Positions 1 to 11,510 of a DNA stretch of 64,000 bases are shown one piece after another (within the stretch, counting starts at the first letter, position 1; the number at the start of each line of letters is the position of its first letter). A model generated the notes under the pieces. That model was given only the letters and a program-made list of their open reading frames with translations. It had not been told where the DNA came from and made no database searches. The stretch is from Octopus sinensis (taxonomy: Eukaryota). Made by a program: the position numbers and the translations under genes. Location of the stretch: the NCBI RefSeq assembly GCF_006345805.1, contig NC_043014.1, forward strand, positions 13,082,001-13,146,000. The letters are read 5' to 3'.

Positions 1-239
1 AACACCTAAAGCTCCACGAGGCTCCGGCAGGGATGGTGGTGATCCCTGCTGTACTCTTTCACCACAACTTTCTCTCACTCTTACTTCCTGTTTCTGTTGT
101 ACCTGTGTTTCAAAGGGCCGGCCTTGTCACTCTCTGTGTCACGCTGAATATCCCCGAGAACTACGTTAAGGGTACACGTGTCTGTGGAGTGCTCAGCCAC
201 TTACACGTTAATTTCACGAGCAGGCTGTTCCGTTGATTC

Positions 240-500
240 GGATCAACCGGAACCCTCGTCGTCGTAACCGACGGAGTGAAAAAGAAGAAGGTAGAATTCA
301 AAAGGCAGAGTATGGAGTGGAAACATCCTGGCTCGACGGCGACGAAGAAATTCAAGACTCAGTCTTCTGCGGGAAAGGTAATGCTAACCCTCTTTTGGGA
401 CTCAAAGGGGCCTATACTGGAAGACTATCTGGAAAAGAGGTGTACCATCAGCAGTGCAAGATACAGTGCTTTGCTGGCCAACAAACTGAAGCCAACAATT
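240..500 (+). mobile_element. Mariner transposase fragment
   Basis: KRQSMEWKHPGS...KKFKTQSSAGKVMLTLFWDSKGPILEDYLEK matches the mariner DD34D region. Confidence 0.85.
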
Positions 501-1516
501 CGCACCAAACGCCGAAGCCCCAGAATCTTGCCCGTTAAAAGGGTCCTGTTTGAAAAAGAAACCTAGTTTACATGTATGAAGTAAGTACCTCAAAAGAACC
601 CAAGAAAATCTACATAGGAAGCACAATAGACCTTAAAACTAGATATGAGGGAGGGGGCATAAAAATTCATTTACAAACTCGAGCACGAAAAATTTGACAG
701 CACTAGCCAGACACATAATTTAAAAGCGCAAAATAAACAATTTAAACTAGATTGGTCAATAATTACTCAAACTATTCTATATAAGACACACACTAGAATG
801 TGTAGATTATGTACAAAGAATTCATTAGTATACTTCGTATGAGTAGAAAAATATCTATATATATAAAAGTGAAGTTGTGTGAGTGTCTGTCTCCTACGAT
901 TTAGATTCCTAACTACTCCCACATTTTGCGGTGCAGTTTAACCAAAAGCGGGTATCTTATAGTCGTGATTCATATCGAGCCCTTCTGGGTATTAGCGCGC
1001 GTCTACGATGAGTCTACGATTTTAAAAATAATTTACCATAATTTTTATCCATTTTAAAGCATATTTTTAAATAAAGGGAAGTAACTCTCTAAAAATGTCT
1101 ACGATGAGTCAACGATTTAAAAAAAAATTTACCATAATTTTTTTCCATTTTTAATGCGTTTTTTGCTGTTTTTTTTGGCTATAACTCTCTAAAAATGCTT
1201 TATAGTTATTTCCCTTACAAACCCGAGCAACGCCGGACGATACTGCTAGTTATTAAATAAGATAAACAGGTATTTTTCAACTTTAAAATTTTTTTCTCTA
1301 AAGTATAATTGAAACCTAAAATTCCGACCTTTCATCCCCAATATGTTTTAGGATAGCCGTAAATGCATTATTTTTCTGCAAGATTTGTAGTACATTTAAC
1401 CATCATTTTAGAATTTATTTTAGTTATCTGAGCAAATTTTTATCACAACATAGGATACCTGGTCCAAGTATGAAGTCTTTTAAAATCTCTTAAATAATTT
1501 TTAAACTTTTCAAATA

Positions 1517-1603
1517 ATCCCTGATGAAGGAAATGTCTATATTCGAGATGGGTATAAATAGTTCAAGCATTCTGAAATACCTTTCCAGAAACGGCCGTAG
1601 GAT
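1517..1603 (+). ncRNA. Hammerhead ribozyme candidate
   Basis: ATCC-CTGATGA-AGGAAA...TTTCCA-GAAA-CGGCCG-TA-GGAT. The base of stem II is an A.A mismatch and stem I is only 4 bp. Confidence 0.55.
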
Positions 1604-1922
1604 ATGTATGAATCTGATCTCTAGACTTAAATATTCGCTTTTTTGGGCTACCCATACATCTTTTTAATATTTTTGATTTTGCTATGCATTGACCGTGTAC
1701 ATTTAACCTTCAACCTTTTTTTATGTTTTAGATCAGATTTACAATTTTAGGCCATCTCATACGGATGTATATCTTATATTTATATATCTTATAGATATTT
1801 TTTGTATTTATATATTATATATTTTATATGATGAATTGTGTCTTTCGAAAAATATATTGAGAAAAATAATCTGTTTTTGGTTGTCAGTATCGCGAAAGTT
1901 GTCTTTTCATTGGAACCTACAT

Positions 1923-1970
<48 letters not shown>

Positions 1971-3240
1971 TTCAAATTTACAGAAAACAAGAGACGAAGA
2001 CAGGCGAGGAAACAACATGCATGTGTATTAATTTGACGCTCGGGAAGAATGGAAAGGTCTTTGATGTTTCGAGCCTACGCTCTTCGACGGAAAGAGTTGA
2101 ATGGAAACACGTGGATAGAACGAAAAAGAACAAACAGACAGAAAAATGTGTAGGGATTAACGGTTCAACATGATTAAATGACTGGAAGAAAGAAGCTGTA
2201 TAAAAGTAAGATGATAACAGTGACCCGGCTGAAATAGGGTGCGCAAGTGTGTGTATTATGTAAGAATGATGTGTGTGAGTGTGTATGTGTGAATGGGGGC
2301 GAGCGCGTGTGAATGTATGTGTCGATGAGGTGTGTGTGTATGGACGTGTGTATATGTGTGTGAGGCTGTGTATAGTCCGTGTGTGATGCTATCGTATGCG
2401 AGTATGTGTATGTGTGTGCGGGCGTGCGTGAGTGCAAAACGCTTGTGCGTAGGATTTAATGTGTGCTTGATGGAGTGGTATGCACGTGTATGTGTATGTG
2501 CGTTAGTGCATAGTGTGTGTGGGTGACTCTACAGTGTGAGTGTGTATTGTGTATGTTTATGCGAAAGTTGTGTGAGTTTATGCTTGCTGTGTGCGTGTGT
2601 ATATTGTCTGTGTTCAGGCGTGTTCGGTGCATGTTTACTGTGTGTGTATTTTAGGAGTGAATGCTGTGTGTTGTGGAGGAATGCATGGAGGTGCGAGGTG
2701 GGATAGGGTGACAGAAGTTAGTGGTTGGGAGATGTTGGGTGCTAGTGTGTGTATGTGTGTGGAGTGGTAAGGTGTGTGTGAACGCTTGTATACGTGAGTG
2801 TGTGGGGGAATGTGCATCATGGTGTGTTGTGTGGCTACTAAGTTGAATAGTGGGCAGAGGTGTTCGTATAAAGGTGTGTGTAGTAAGGGTACTGGTAAGT
2901 GTGTGTGGATGTGTGTATAATGATATGTGGTGTGGGTACTATGAAGTGCTGGATGCTAGTGAGTGTGGAGTGGGAAGGTATATGTGAATGTATGTTTGTG
3001 TGAGAGTGGGTGCGTGCGTAATGGTGTGTGGTGTGAGTACTGAGTTGAATAGTGTGTATGGCTGGATGTTTATATAATGGTGTGTGTGGTGAGGATACTG
3101 AGTTCGACGGTGTACAAGTGCTGGGGAGGGGACAGTTAAAGGTGGAAAGTTGTGGGAATATGCGTGGAGTTGATTTTAGGTGAAGGGAGATGGCGAATTA
3201 AGGCACTACGGCGCAAAGGAATGAAGTGAGAAGATCAATT

Positions 3241-3420
3241 TCAGTTCACGGCAGAGGCGACAATCCGAAACAGACAAATCCGAAATAGACAAATAGGCAA
3301 AGACAATCCGAATAGAGACAGATATTTTAGCGAATGACCGACTAAGCAGAAGTGGCGCGAGACCAGGCAGTCATTGCGGAGTCTGATATCTTGGAGGTGT
3401 TCGGTGAACCAGTCGGACAA
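3241..3420 (-). mobile_element. Second, more degraded Penelope GIY-YIG fragment with GT-rich tail (about 2200-3240)
   Basis: FTEHLQDIRLRNDCLVSRHFCLVGHSLKYLSLFGL is paralogous to the 6.6-kb copy. Confidence 0.75.
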
Positions 3421-3546
3421 TATATATGCATATGTATGTATATATGTATGCATGTATAAGCATGCGTGTACGTGTGTATATCTATATACGTATGTGTGTG
3501 TATACATATATATATGTGCATGTTGTATGTGTGTATATGTGTAGTA

Positions 3547-3602
<56 letters not shown>

Positions 3603-3757
3603 ATTCGGGTAGACACCTTGTAGTTTGCTGTAGATTTAATTGATAGAATTTATTCAATAAGATAGTTAATGTTTTTTATTTTAAGAAATATTGTCGAACT
3701 TTGTTTTCTTATTGTATAATTACGTACTTTTATTTAATTATTTTATTGTTATTATCT

Positions 3758-3872
3758 TAGACCTGATGAGTGGCTATATTTTTTACTGAATTTGTTTTTT
3801 TGATAAATTTTATACTGAATTGATTTTATTTTTATCAATTTGAAAATATAGCCACGAAACGTGCGTAGTCTA
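3758..3872 (+). ncRNA. Type I hammerhead ribozyme (Penelope-type)
   Basis: Stem I TAGAC/GTCTA, core CTGATGA, 13-bp stem II GTGGCTATATTTT/AAAATATAGCCAC, GAAA, short quasi-palindromic stem III CGTGCG, cleavage triplet GTA (after 3867). Confidence 0.8.
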
Positions 3873-4016
3873 TTTACTAATTATATACTATTTGTTATTA
3901 TTTAGTACTGTATTTATTTTAGGTAATTGCTTTATCGTATCTTTAATTTTTATCTATATGGTATGATTCAGTATATCATTGTTGAATGGCTTGTGAGTTT
4001 GGAATCATATTCCCTA

Positions 4017-4048
<32 letters not shown>

Positions 4049-4194
4049 AGAGAGAGAGAGATGAAAGGATGCTTATCTAAATTACTCTTATAGACACTCT
4101 ACACTGTGGGTTTGGCCCCAGTAAATGTTTCGGAGCCCTACTAAGTGTTTTCTATACGGAGAATCTCTGAATCTCATCTTCATTTATATATATA

Positions 4195-5070
4195 TACTAG
4201 CAGTATCGCCCGGCGTTGCTCGGGTTTGTAAGGGAAATAACTATATAAGCATTTTTAGAGAGTTACTTCCCTTATAGATGCCAATTCGGGCTTTCTTAGC
4301 CATTTCTGTTTTGGTGTCTTCAAGCCATGAAGTTGTTGTTCTAAAAGAACGCTGTCTCCTTGACAACGCTTTACGACGTTGATTTCCTTACACTCCCTTC
4401 CCCACTCATCGTAGACGCGCGCTAATAGCCAGACGGGCTCGATATGAATTACGACTATAAGATACCCGAATTTGGTTAAACTGCACCGCAAAATGTGGGA
4501 GTAGTTAGGAATCTAAATCGAAGGGGACAGACACTCACACAACTACAGTTTTATATATATACTAGCAGTATCGCCCGGCGTTGCTCGGGTTTGTAAGGGA
4601 AATAACTATATAAGCATTTTTAGAGAGTTACTTCCTTTATAGATGCCAATTCGGGCTTTCTTAGCCATTTCTGTTTTGGTGTCTTCAAGCCATGAAGTCG
4701 TTATTCTAAAAGAACGCTGGTCTCCTTGACAACGCATTACGACGTTGATTTCCTTAAACTCCCTTCCCCACAGCTTCACGAGGGAGGGAAGAAGGGGGAG
4801 AAGCAAACACAGGTGCAGGTGTTTGAGCATGGACGCCAACTCCGCCGCCATCGACACACGAAAAATTATGCATTAAAATGGAATAAAAATGATGTTAATT
4901 ATTTTTAAAATCGTAGACTCATCGTAGACGCGTGCTAATATCCAGACGGGCTCGATATTAATCACGACTATAAGATAGCCGAATTTGGTTAAACTGCAAC
5001 CGCAAAATGTGGGAGGAGTTAGGAATCTAAATCGTAGGAGACAGACACTCACACAACTACAGTTTTATAT
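4195..5070 (+). mobile_element. Two tandem copies of a non-autonomous Helitron/Helentron-like (DINE-1/Lep1-like) repeat; others at 858-1251(-) and 54258-54655(+)
   Basis: Shared start TACTAGCAGTATCGCCCGGCGTTGCTCGGG and end cagacactcacacaactacagttttatatata, inserted in TA runs. Family assignment is by resemblance only. Confidence 0.6.
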
Positions 5071-5071
5071 A

Positions 5072-5116
<45 letters not shown>

Positions 5117-5233
5117 ATATATATATATATATGCAAGAAGAAAATGGAGGGAAAATAAGAGGAAGAAGTTGGTCGTTTGCGCTAGTAAGCCATTAATATA
5201 ATTAATTAATAAAGAAAAGTGGCATTAATAGTA

Positions 5234-5285
5234 CATTTACGATCGTTTCTGTTTACCAGTTGTAGTGGTAGACATCATCAGAATG
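5234..5285 (-). ncRNA. Minimal type I hammerhead ribozyme
   Basis: Minus strand reads CATT-CTGATGA-TGTCTACCA/TGGTAAACA-GAAA-CGATCG-TA-AATG, with palindromic stem III and GTA triplet. Confidence 0.75.
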
Positions 5286-5906
5286 CAGGTTCATATGTAG
5301 AGATGAGAAGAACGAAAGATATAGGGACATACTGGTAACGAGAATAAAGACAAAGAATAGTGATTCTTGCATTATAGTGGATTTCTTAGTTGAAAATTCT
5401 GCTGCGAAGTGGATGTAGGATGGAGGTTATTTTGATCTGGAGTCCCAAGTTTAAGTAAGCGCATATTTTCCACGTGTATATTCTGGTTAGACTTTTCAGC
5501 GGCGGTGTAAAGGAAAGGGATTAACTCTAACTCGTGGTGAAAAGGGGGCTAACTCTATCCGGATTACTCAGTCCGGGGTGAGTAAGGAATTAATGTGTCT
5601 TTGGGACTTAAAGTTGTAGGAAGTTCGAAGTAATGGCTTATTAGCACAAACGACCAACTTCTTCCTGATATTTATCTTTCATTTTCTTCTTACCTATAAT
5701 TTTAACAACGGTTTACCCGCTGAATTACCTGCTACAGGTTTTAAACACCTCTAACTATACCTATATATTATATATATATATATATATATATCTATATATA
5801 TATATATATACGGGAAGGTTTACGAAAATAAACAAAAGACGAAGGCAGGTGGAGTACAAACAAACAAATGTATTAGTATGGCGCTCAGGAATAGAAATAG
5901 AACAAG

Positions 5907-5948
5907 TCTTTTACGTTTCGAGTTATACTACCCTCTTCGACAGAAAGA
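5907..5948 (-). ncRNA. Variant minimal hammerhead-like motif (core CTGTCGA) in a dispersed short repeat; related copies at 2058-2095(-), 8231-8266(+), 30073-30110(+), about 50185-50220(-)
   Basis: TCTTT-CTGTCGA-AGAG..CTC-GAAA-CGT-A-AAAGA. Position A6 of the core is U, so activity is uncertain. Confidence 0.4.
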
Positions 5949-6559
5949 TACACAGAAAAAAAAACAAGGAGAGAAAAAATGCGTGTAGGAGCTAACGATC
6001 TATCATGGCGTTCTGACTTTGGGGTCAGATGCTAGAGGGACAGTAGGGGAGATAACAGGGTCAAGTGACTTCCAAAACGAAGGTGTCCCCAACACAAAGG
6101 TGCGTGTGTGTATAAGAGAGTGTGAAAGAGGGCTGGTGGTCTAGACGTGTGTATGTATGTGTGGGTGTGGAGATGTGGGAATGGGTGTGTGGGTGGTGTG
6201 TTGTGATGTGATGTGTAATGTCGTATGGTGTAGTGTAGTGTGGTGTGATGTTGTGGGGAGGTGGGGGGCGAGAATGGGGAAAGCCCATGTGGGGTGTGGG
6301 TTCGGCTGGGGGTTGGGGTAGAGTGGGGGTTGTGGGGAGAGTGAGAGGGGGAAAGAATAGAGATGAGGGGAGAGGGGAGGGGGAGAGAAGGGGAGTGAGA
6401 TAGCAGAGAGAAAGAGAGCAGGGGAAGAGGGAAGAAGAAAGAAGAAAGAAGAGGGAAGAAGGGAAAGAAGGGAAGAGGAGGGAAAGAGAGTAGGGGTGAA
6501 AAGATGAAGGACTGAAGAGAAGTAGGAGTCGGGGGGAGGTTAGATGAAAAGGGGGGGAG

Positions 6560-6800
6560 TTGAGCCCAAATGGCGTAAAAGAGCGAAGAGAGAAGATTAA
6601 TCCCTGTTCACGGCGCAAGCGGGAATCCGGATGGCCTCTGTGCAAGGACAATCCGAACACAGACAGGTGTTGCAAGGAGTGACCGGTGGAGCGGAAATGG
6701 CGTGAGACTGGTGTGTCATTGGCGAGGCGGATGTCTCGGAGGTGTTCCGCGAACCGGTCAGCCAAGCGGCGTCCCGTTTGTCCGATGTACAGGGAATGGC
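6560..6800 (-). mobile_element. Penelope-like element, GIY-YIG endonuclease C-terminal fragment
   Basis: LYIGQTGRRLADRFAEHLRDIRLANDTPVSRHFRSTGHSLQHLSVFGL...RLRREQGLIFSLRSFTPFGLN, followed on the minus strand by long CT/CA-rich low-complexity sequence. Confidence 0.85.
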
Positions 6801-7725
6801 AGAGAGCAGGAGATGCAATAGATGATATTGCTGGAGGTGCAGGTAAAGGAGTCGATGATGGGTGCCGGTGAGGAGGGTATATATATATATATGCGTGTGA
6901 GTGTTCGTTCACTAGTTATACATTAGATAGAGAGGTGGAAGTGAAGTGAGTGAAGGAGAGGAAGAAGTATGAAAGGTGATTAATATTAATACACTTAGGT
7001 CAAATGGTCAAGTGATCATCTGAAGGTAGGGGCGAAAAACGAGAGAAAATTACTCCGAGAGAGAAAGAGGGAGAGATAAATGTTAAGGACGTGCGGTGGG
7101 GTAGAGAAGGAATACTTATTTACGTGATTGAAAAGTTAGCTGAAGGGAACAGTAGATAGAAAGAGAGGGACAGGGGAGGCAGTTGTGTTGAGAGAGGGGG
7201 AGGGAGGTAGAGAGGGGAGGGAGAGAGAGAGAGAGAGAGAGGTAGATTGCGGCAGCGGCGGTGGTGGTGGTGATACTGAAGAGTATTTTTTTTTTAACTA
7301 TTTTTTTCTTATAGTAACCATCGGGTACGCAAAAAAGCCATTATCTATCGTCTGCTCACTTAAGAATTGATATTTGTTTATAAGGGTTAATTTAGCCTAA
7401 ACTCTGGATTCGCAAGAAACATGGCTGAAACTGCCCAAGAAATAATGTGCAGATAGAGGGTACGGACCAGAGAGGAACAGCGAGAAGATATAATAAAAAG
7501 GGGGGAAAAACAATACCGGTGGAGACGTAAGGGAATGAATGTAGACGAACATCAAGAATATTTTTAAAAAGCTAAACTAGGAACGCTATAAAAATACAAA
7601 TCATCTTTCTTTCTTAAATAAACCTTCTTAATTTTTTCCATTCTGTGGAATTTACTCGAGTCTTATTAGTAGATATATATATATCTACTAATAAGGCGCA
7701 GGAGTTAATATTTAGTATTAATGAG

Positions 7726-7895
7726 GCATAGGAGTGGCTGTGTAGTAAGTAGCTTGCTTACCAACCACGTGGTTCCGGGTTCAGTCCCACTGCGTGGCAC
7801 CTTGGGCAAGTTTCTTCTACTATAGCCTCGGGCCGACCAAAGCCTTGTGAGTGGATTTGGTAGACGGAAACTGAAAGAAGCCCGTCGTATATATG

Positions 7896-7935
<40 letters not shown>

Positions 7936-8150
7936 CGTATATGTTTGTGTGTCTGTGTTTGTCCCCCTAGCATTGCTTGACAACCGATGCTGGTGTGTTT
8001 ATGTCCCCGTCACTTAGCGGTTCGGCAAAAGAGACCGATAGAATAAGTACTGGGCTTACAAAGAATAAGTCCCGGGGTCGAGTTGCTCGATTAAAGGCGG
8101 TGCTCCAGCATGGCTGCAGTCAAAATGATTGAAACAAGTAAAAAGAGAAA
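7726..8150 (+). mobile_element. tRNA-derived SINE family A (ggcgcaggagtggctgtgtggtaagtagc...); copies also at about 23948, 27253, 35052, 38902, 49140, 53336, 61192, 63440 (+) and partial copies at about 16070, 32205, 32745, 51250 (-)
   Basis: About 400-bp high-identity repeat with A/B-box-like head, central TA/TG microsatellite and gaaacaagtaaaaga tail. Resembles octopus OK/OR-type SINEs (name not verified). Confidence 0.85.
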
Positions 8151-8594
8151 AAAAAAGAGATCTATATATCGCCATGATAGATCGGTAGCCACTACACACA
8201 TTTTTTCTCTCCTTGTTTCTTTCTGTGTTCCTTTCTGTGGAAGAGCGTAGGCTCGAAACGTTAAAGACTTTTTTCAATTCCCGAGCGTTATACTAATGCA
8301 TCTGTTTGTTTTCTACATCACCTGTCTTCGTCTTTTGTTTTTTTTTTCGTGAATTTTTCCCCTAAATATATATCAAATAAAATCAAAAACAAAACTCTAA
8401 TGTTACGCTGACGACTTCGTTTACATCCATCGATGTAAGGCTAATTCTTTTGGGGCAATTGTATTCATTGTTTCAGACAGTGGGACTGGTTTTGTGAAAG
8501 GCCTTTCCTCGTTTTAAAAAGCTTCAGGGACAGGCATCTCTTGATTTTTAACTTCTCTGTAATGCGTTTGCCGTCGGCAAAACACACGGTGAAA

Positions 8595-8710
8595 AATCCT
8601 ATGGCGGAATGAAGATGTAGTGACGTCATTCTTCAGTGTGCGTGTGCGGGGCTGGAACCTTCTGGAAAGGCCTAAGGAAGTTCCCTAATGCACATGCGCT
8701 AAAAAACTGG
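8595..8710. promoter_or_regulatory. Promoter-like motif cluster
   Basis: ATGGCGG (YY1-like, 8601), TGACGTCA (CRE, 8621-8628), GGAAGT (ETS-like) and GCACATGCGC (NRF1-like) within ~110 bp of non-repeat, GC-richer DNA. No gene assigned. Confidence 0.3.
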
Positions 8711-9221
8711 GGAGAGAATTCTGTGGCGTTCGTGGAAGAGAGAAGACGTGTTATCAGCCTATTCTCCTGTCCCAGACGCTTGGGATTTGACCTGCTCTGT
8801 TGCTGCTGAATTTGTTGTGAGGTTTATCTTTACAAATGTCTAACTTCAGTCTTGCTGTACCTACACCAAGTGGTTACCAATTTACCAACGTGCCTTCTTT
8901 ATGTAAATAACAAAATAAAGAGTCATATTTTTTAAGGTTGCTTTCTTGTTCCTGACACCGGTAGTTTCTGGAAACAAAGAAGGAAATTGTGTTGCACCCA
9001 AACAGTGTAAAAGACACAACCTGTTCCAGACTGTTCCTTTACAAAGATATGTGTCAGCAAGGATGGCAAGCTCTCTAAACACCAGCTGCAAGAGGCGCCC
9101 GTTGTTGTAACATATGTGTAAAAGAGTGTAGGTCCCAAACAAAACTGGAAAACCACATCAGTGTTGCTTATATTTAGAACTCTCAAGCGATAATAATCTT
9201 CGAAATTAAATTGCAGTCATC

Positions 9222-9264
<43 letters not shown>

Positions 9265-9824
9265 TGTGTGTGTGTGTGTGTGTGCAACGTCCCCATTTGG
9301 CGGATGTTTTCATGGTTTATGGAAATAATACGTCTGGTGGAGGTATGATTATGCAGTTCAGAGGTTCGCTTCACAACTACAGAGCTTTGGGTTCGTTCCC
9401 ACAGCACGCCACATTGGGTATGTGTCTTTCAACATAACTTTGGGCAAAGTTTGGTAGACGGAGACTGTGCGAAAGCCCACCAAGAAGACAATTCCTCTTC
9501 CTCGTCCGTCACCCGGTTTAACCGCAGCATCTGGTATTGGGGCCATCTGATCGGCAGATAACCTCACCCCATCCTCCAACATATCTAAAAATGAAACGGG
9601 GATGTTATTCTCTCTTTTAGGAAATGTCTCCTGCGGAATGTCAAGTGTTGTGTGAGCAAGGACGGTTGACGCGTAGGTGTGTGTGTGTGTGTGTGTGTGC
9701 GTGTGTGTGTGTGTGTGTGTGCGTGTGTGTTTGTGTGTGCGTGCGTGCATGTGATGGTGAGGTGACACTTGTGAGTGAAACACTGTCAGAAAACGGAGTT
9801 TACAGTGACGTAACTCGGGTGTGA

Positions 9825-10465
9825 GATCTTTTCCTTTTGATAGACAGAATTCAACACAATTTCTAGTTAACTAAACAATTTGAAACTTCGTACTAACAAA
9901 CGAATTACAAATTTATCAAGAAAGCCAAGTGAAAATAATGTTTTTTGGCGAACTTTCGTCTCTAGTAGACCTTTCCGTCGATTTCCGTAAAAATTTTTTT
10001 TTTTTTACATATGGGCTTGCGGGAACTTTTGAAGTAATATACATACATATACACATACACCGAGTAAAAAATTTCAGTTATCTCTTTCTTTCACACATTA
10101 CTCTGTCTCTTCACACACACTAACAGAAGCACTTCACTTACACAACATACTGTCTGTTTCCCACACCCCATCAAACACACACACACACATGTACATCAAT
10201 GCTTCCCATGCACGGTAACTTCAAAAGAATTTCCCTCGTCATACAATCGCTTTCTCTTAGTCTCTTTCGCTCTCATTACTTCAAAAGCTACCGCAAGCCC
10301 AAATGTAAAAAAAAAAAAAAATTTTACGGAAATCGACGGAAAGGTCTACTAGAGACGAAAGATCGCCTGTTTTTTTTTTTGACACATTCTACCAGTATAC
10401 GAAGTTTCAAATTGTTTAGTTAACTAGAAATTGTGTTGAATTCTGTCTATCAAAAGGAAAAGATC
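9825..10465. mobile_element. MITE with ~70-bp TIRs related to the 39.8-kb palindrome
   Basis: gatcttttccttttgatagacagaattcaacacaatttctagttaactaaacaatttgaaacttcgta and its reverse complement at 10398-10465. Confidence 0.8.
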
Positions 10466-10963
10466 CCGGGTGTGCACTACCCGGAGCAGCCCTTGAGTTT
10501 TGTTGCATTCCCGCGCCTCCAACCCTATACAGCTGACCGAAAAGTTCCACCCAACGATAAAGGACTTGCTCAGGATGGATCGCCCCCCCCCCCTTAGCAT
10601 CTGCATTGAGACCGATCGATGTCGAGTCATCGTAGACTCTTCATGAGAAAACGTCCTTGTATCTATTGTTGTCGCCGTCACTGGTTTCATCTGCCCACCA
10701 TTAATTAGTATTTACAGTTTGCTAAACAATATTTTAACAGTTGGCCACGCAAAACACAAAAATCCATTTGCCGATAATTTATTTTGTTCTGTTGTTTATT
10801 TAGCCTTTTATAAATGGGAACAGATCAAAAAGAACTGATCAAGTTCGTACCTGAACAAGAAATTGTTTTGTAGTGGTTGCCGTGTATTTCAACCTCACAT
10901 TTAGATATGCATATGCGAGTGGGTGCATGAAAATACACATACATTATAATTACACATATACAG

Positions 10964-11011
<48 letters not shown>

Positions 11012-11079
11012 GTGTGTATGTGTGTACGAAATGTATAGAAATTTATAAGCATGCATATTAATTAACGTACATATATGCA

Positions 11080-11155
11080 TAGATATGTATATCTATAAAT
11101 ACAACACACACATATACATACAGATGCATGCATATATATATGTGCATATATGGGC

Positions 11156-11209
<54 letters not shown>

Positions 11210-11222
11210 GTATATATATATA

Positions 11223-11276
<54 letters not shown>

Positions 11277-11510
11277 TACATACAGATATACATACACATG
11301 CGTGTGTGTGTGTCTGTGTGCATGTACGGGTATATGTACATATATATATCAGTACATATAGCCATACGTATATATACATGCATATGTGAGTCTGTGTGTA
11401 TATATATATACACGCAAATATGCATATATACATGAATACATATACGTATATGTATATGTACGCATGTATATCGCTCTCCTTCTCTCTCTCTCTCTCTCTC
11501 TGTATACATA
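11080..11510. repeat. Compound (TA)n/(CA)n/(CT)n microsatellite block; similar degenerate block at 12240-12670
   Basis: Direct inspection. Explains the YI/HT/CV-rich ORFs. Confidence 0.95.
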
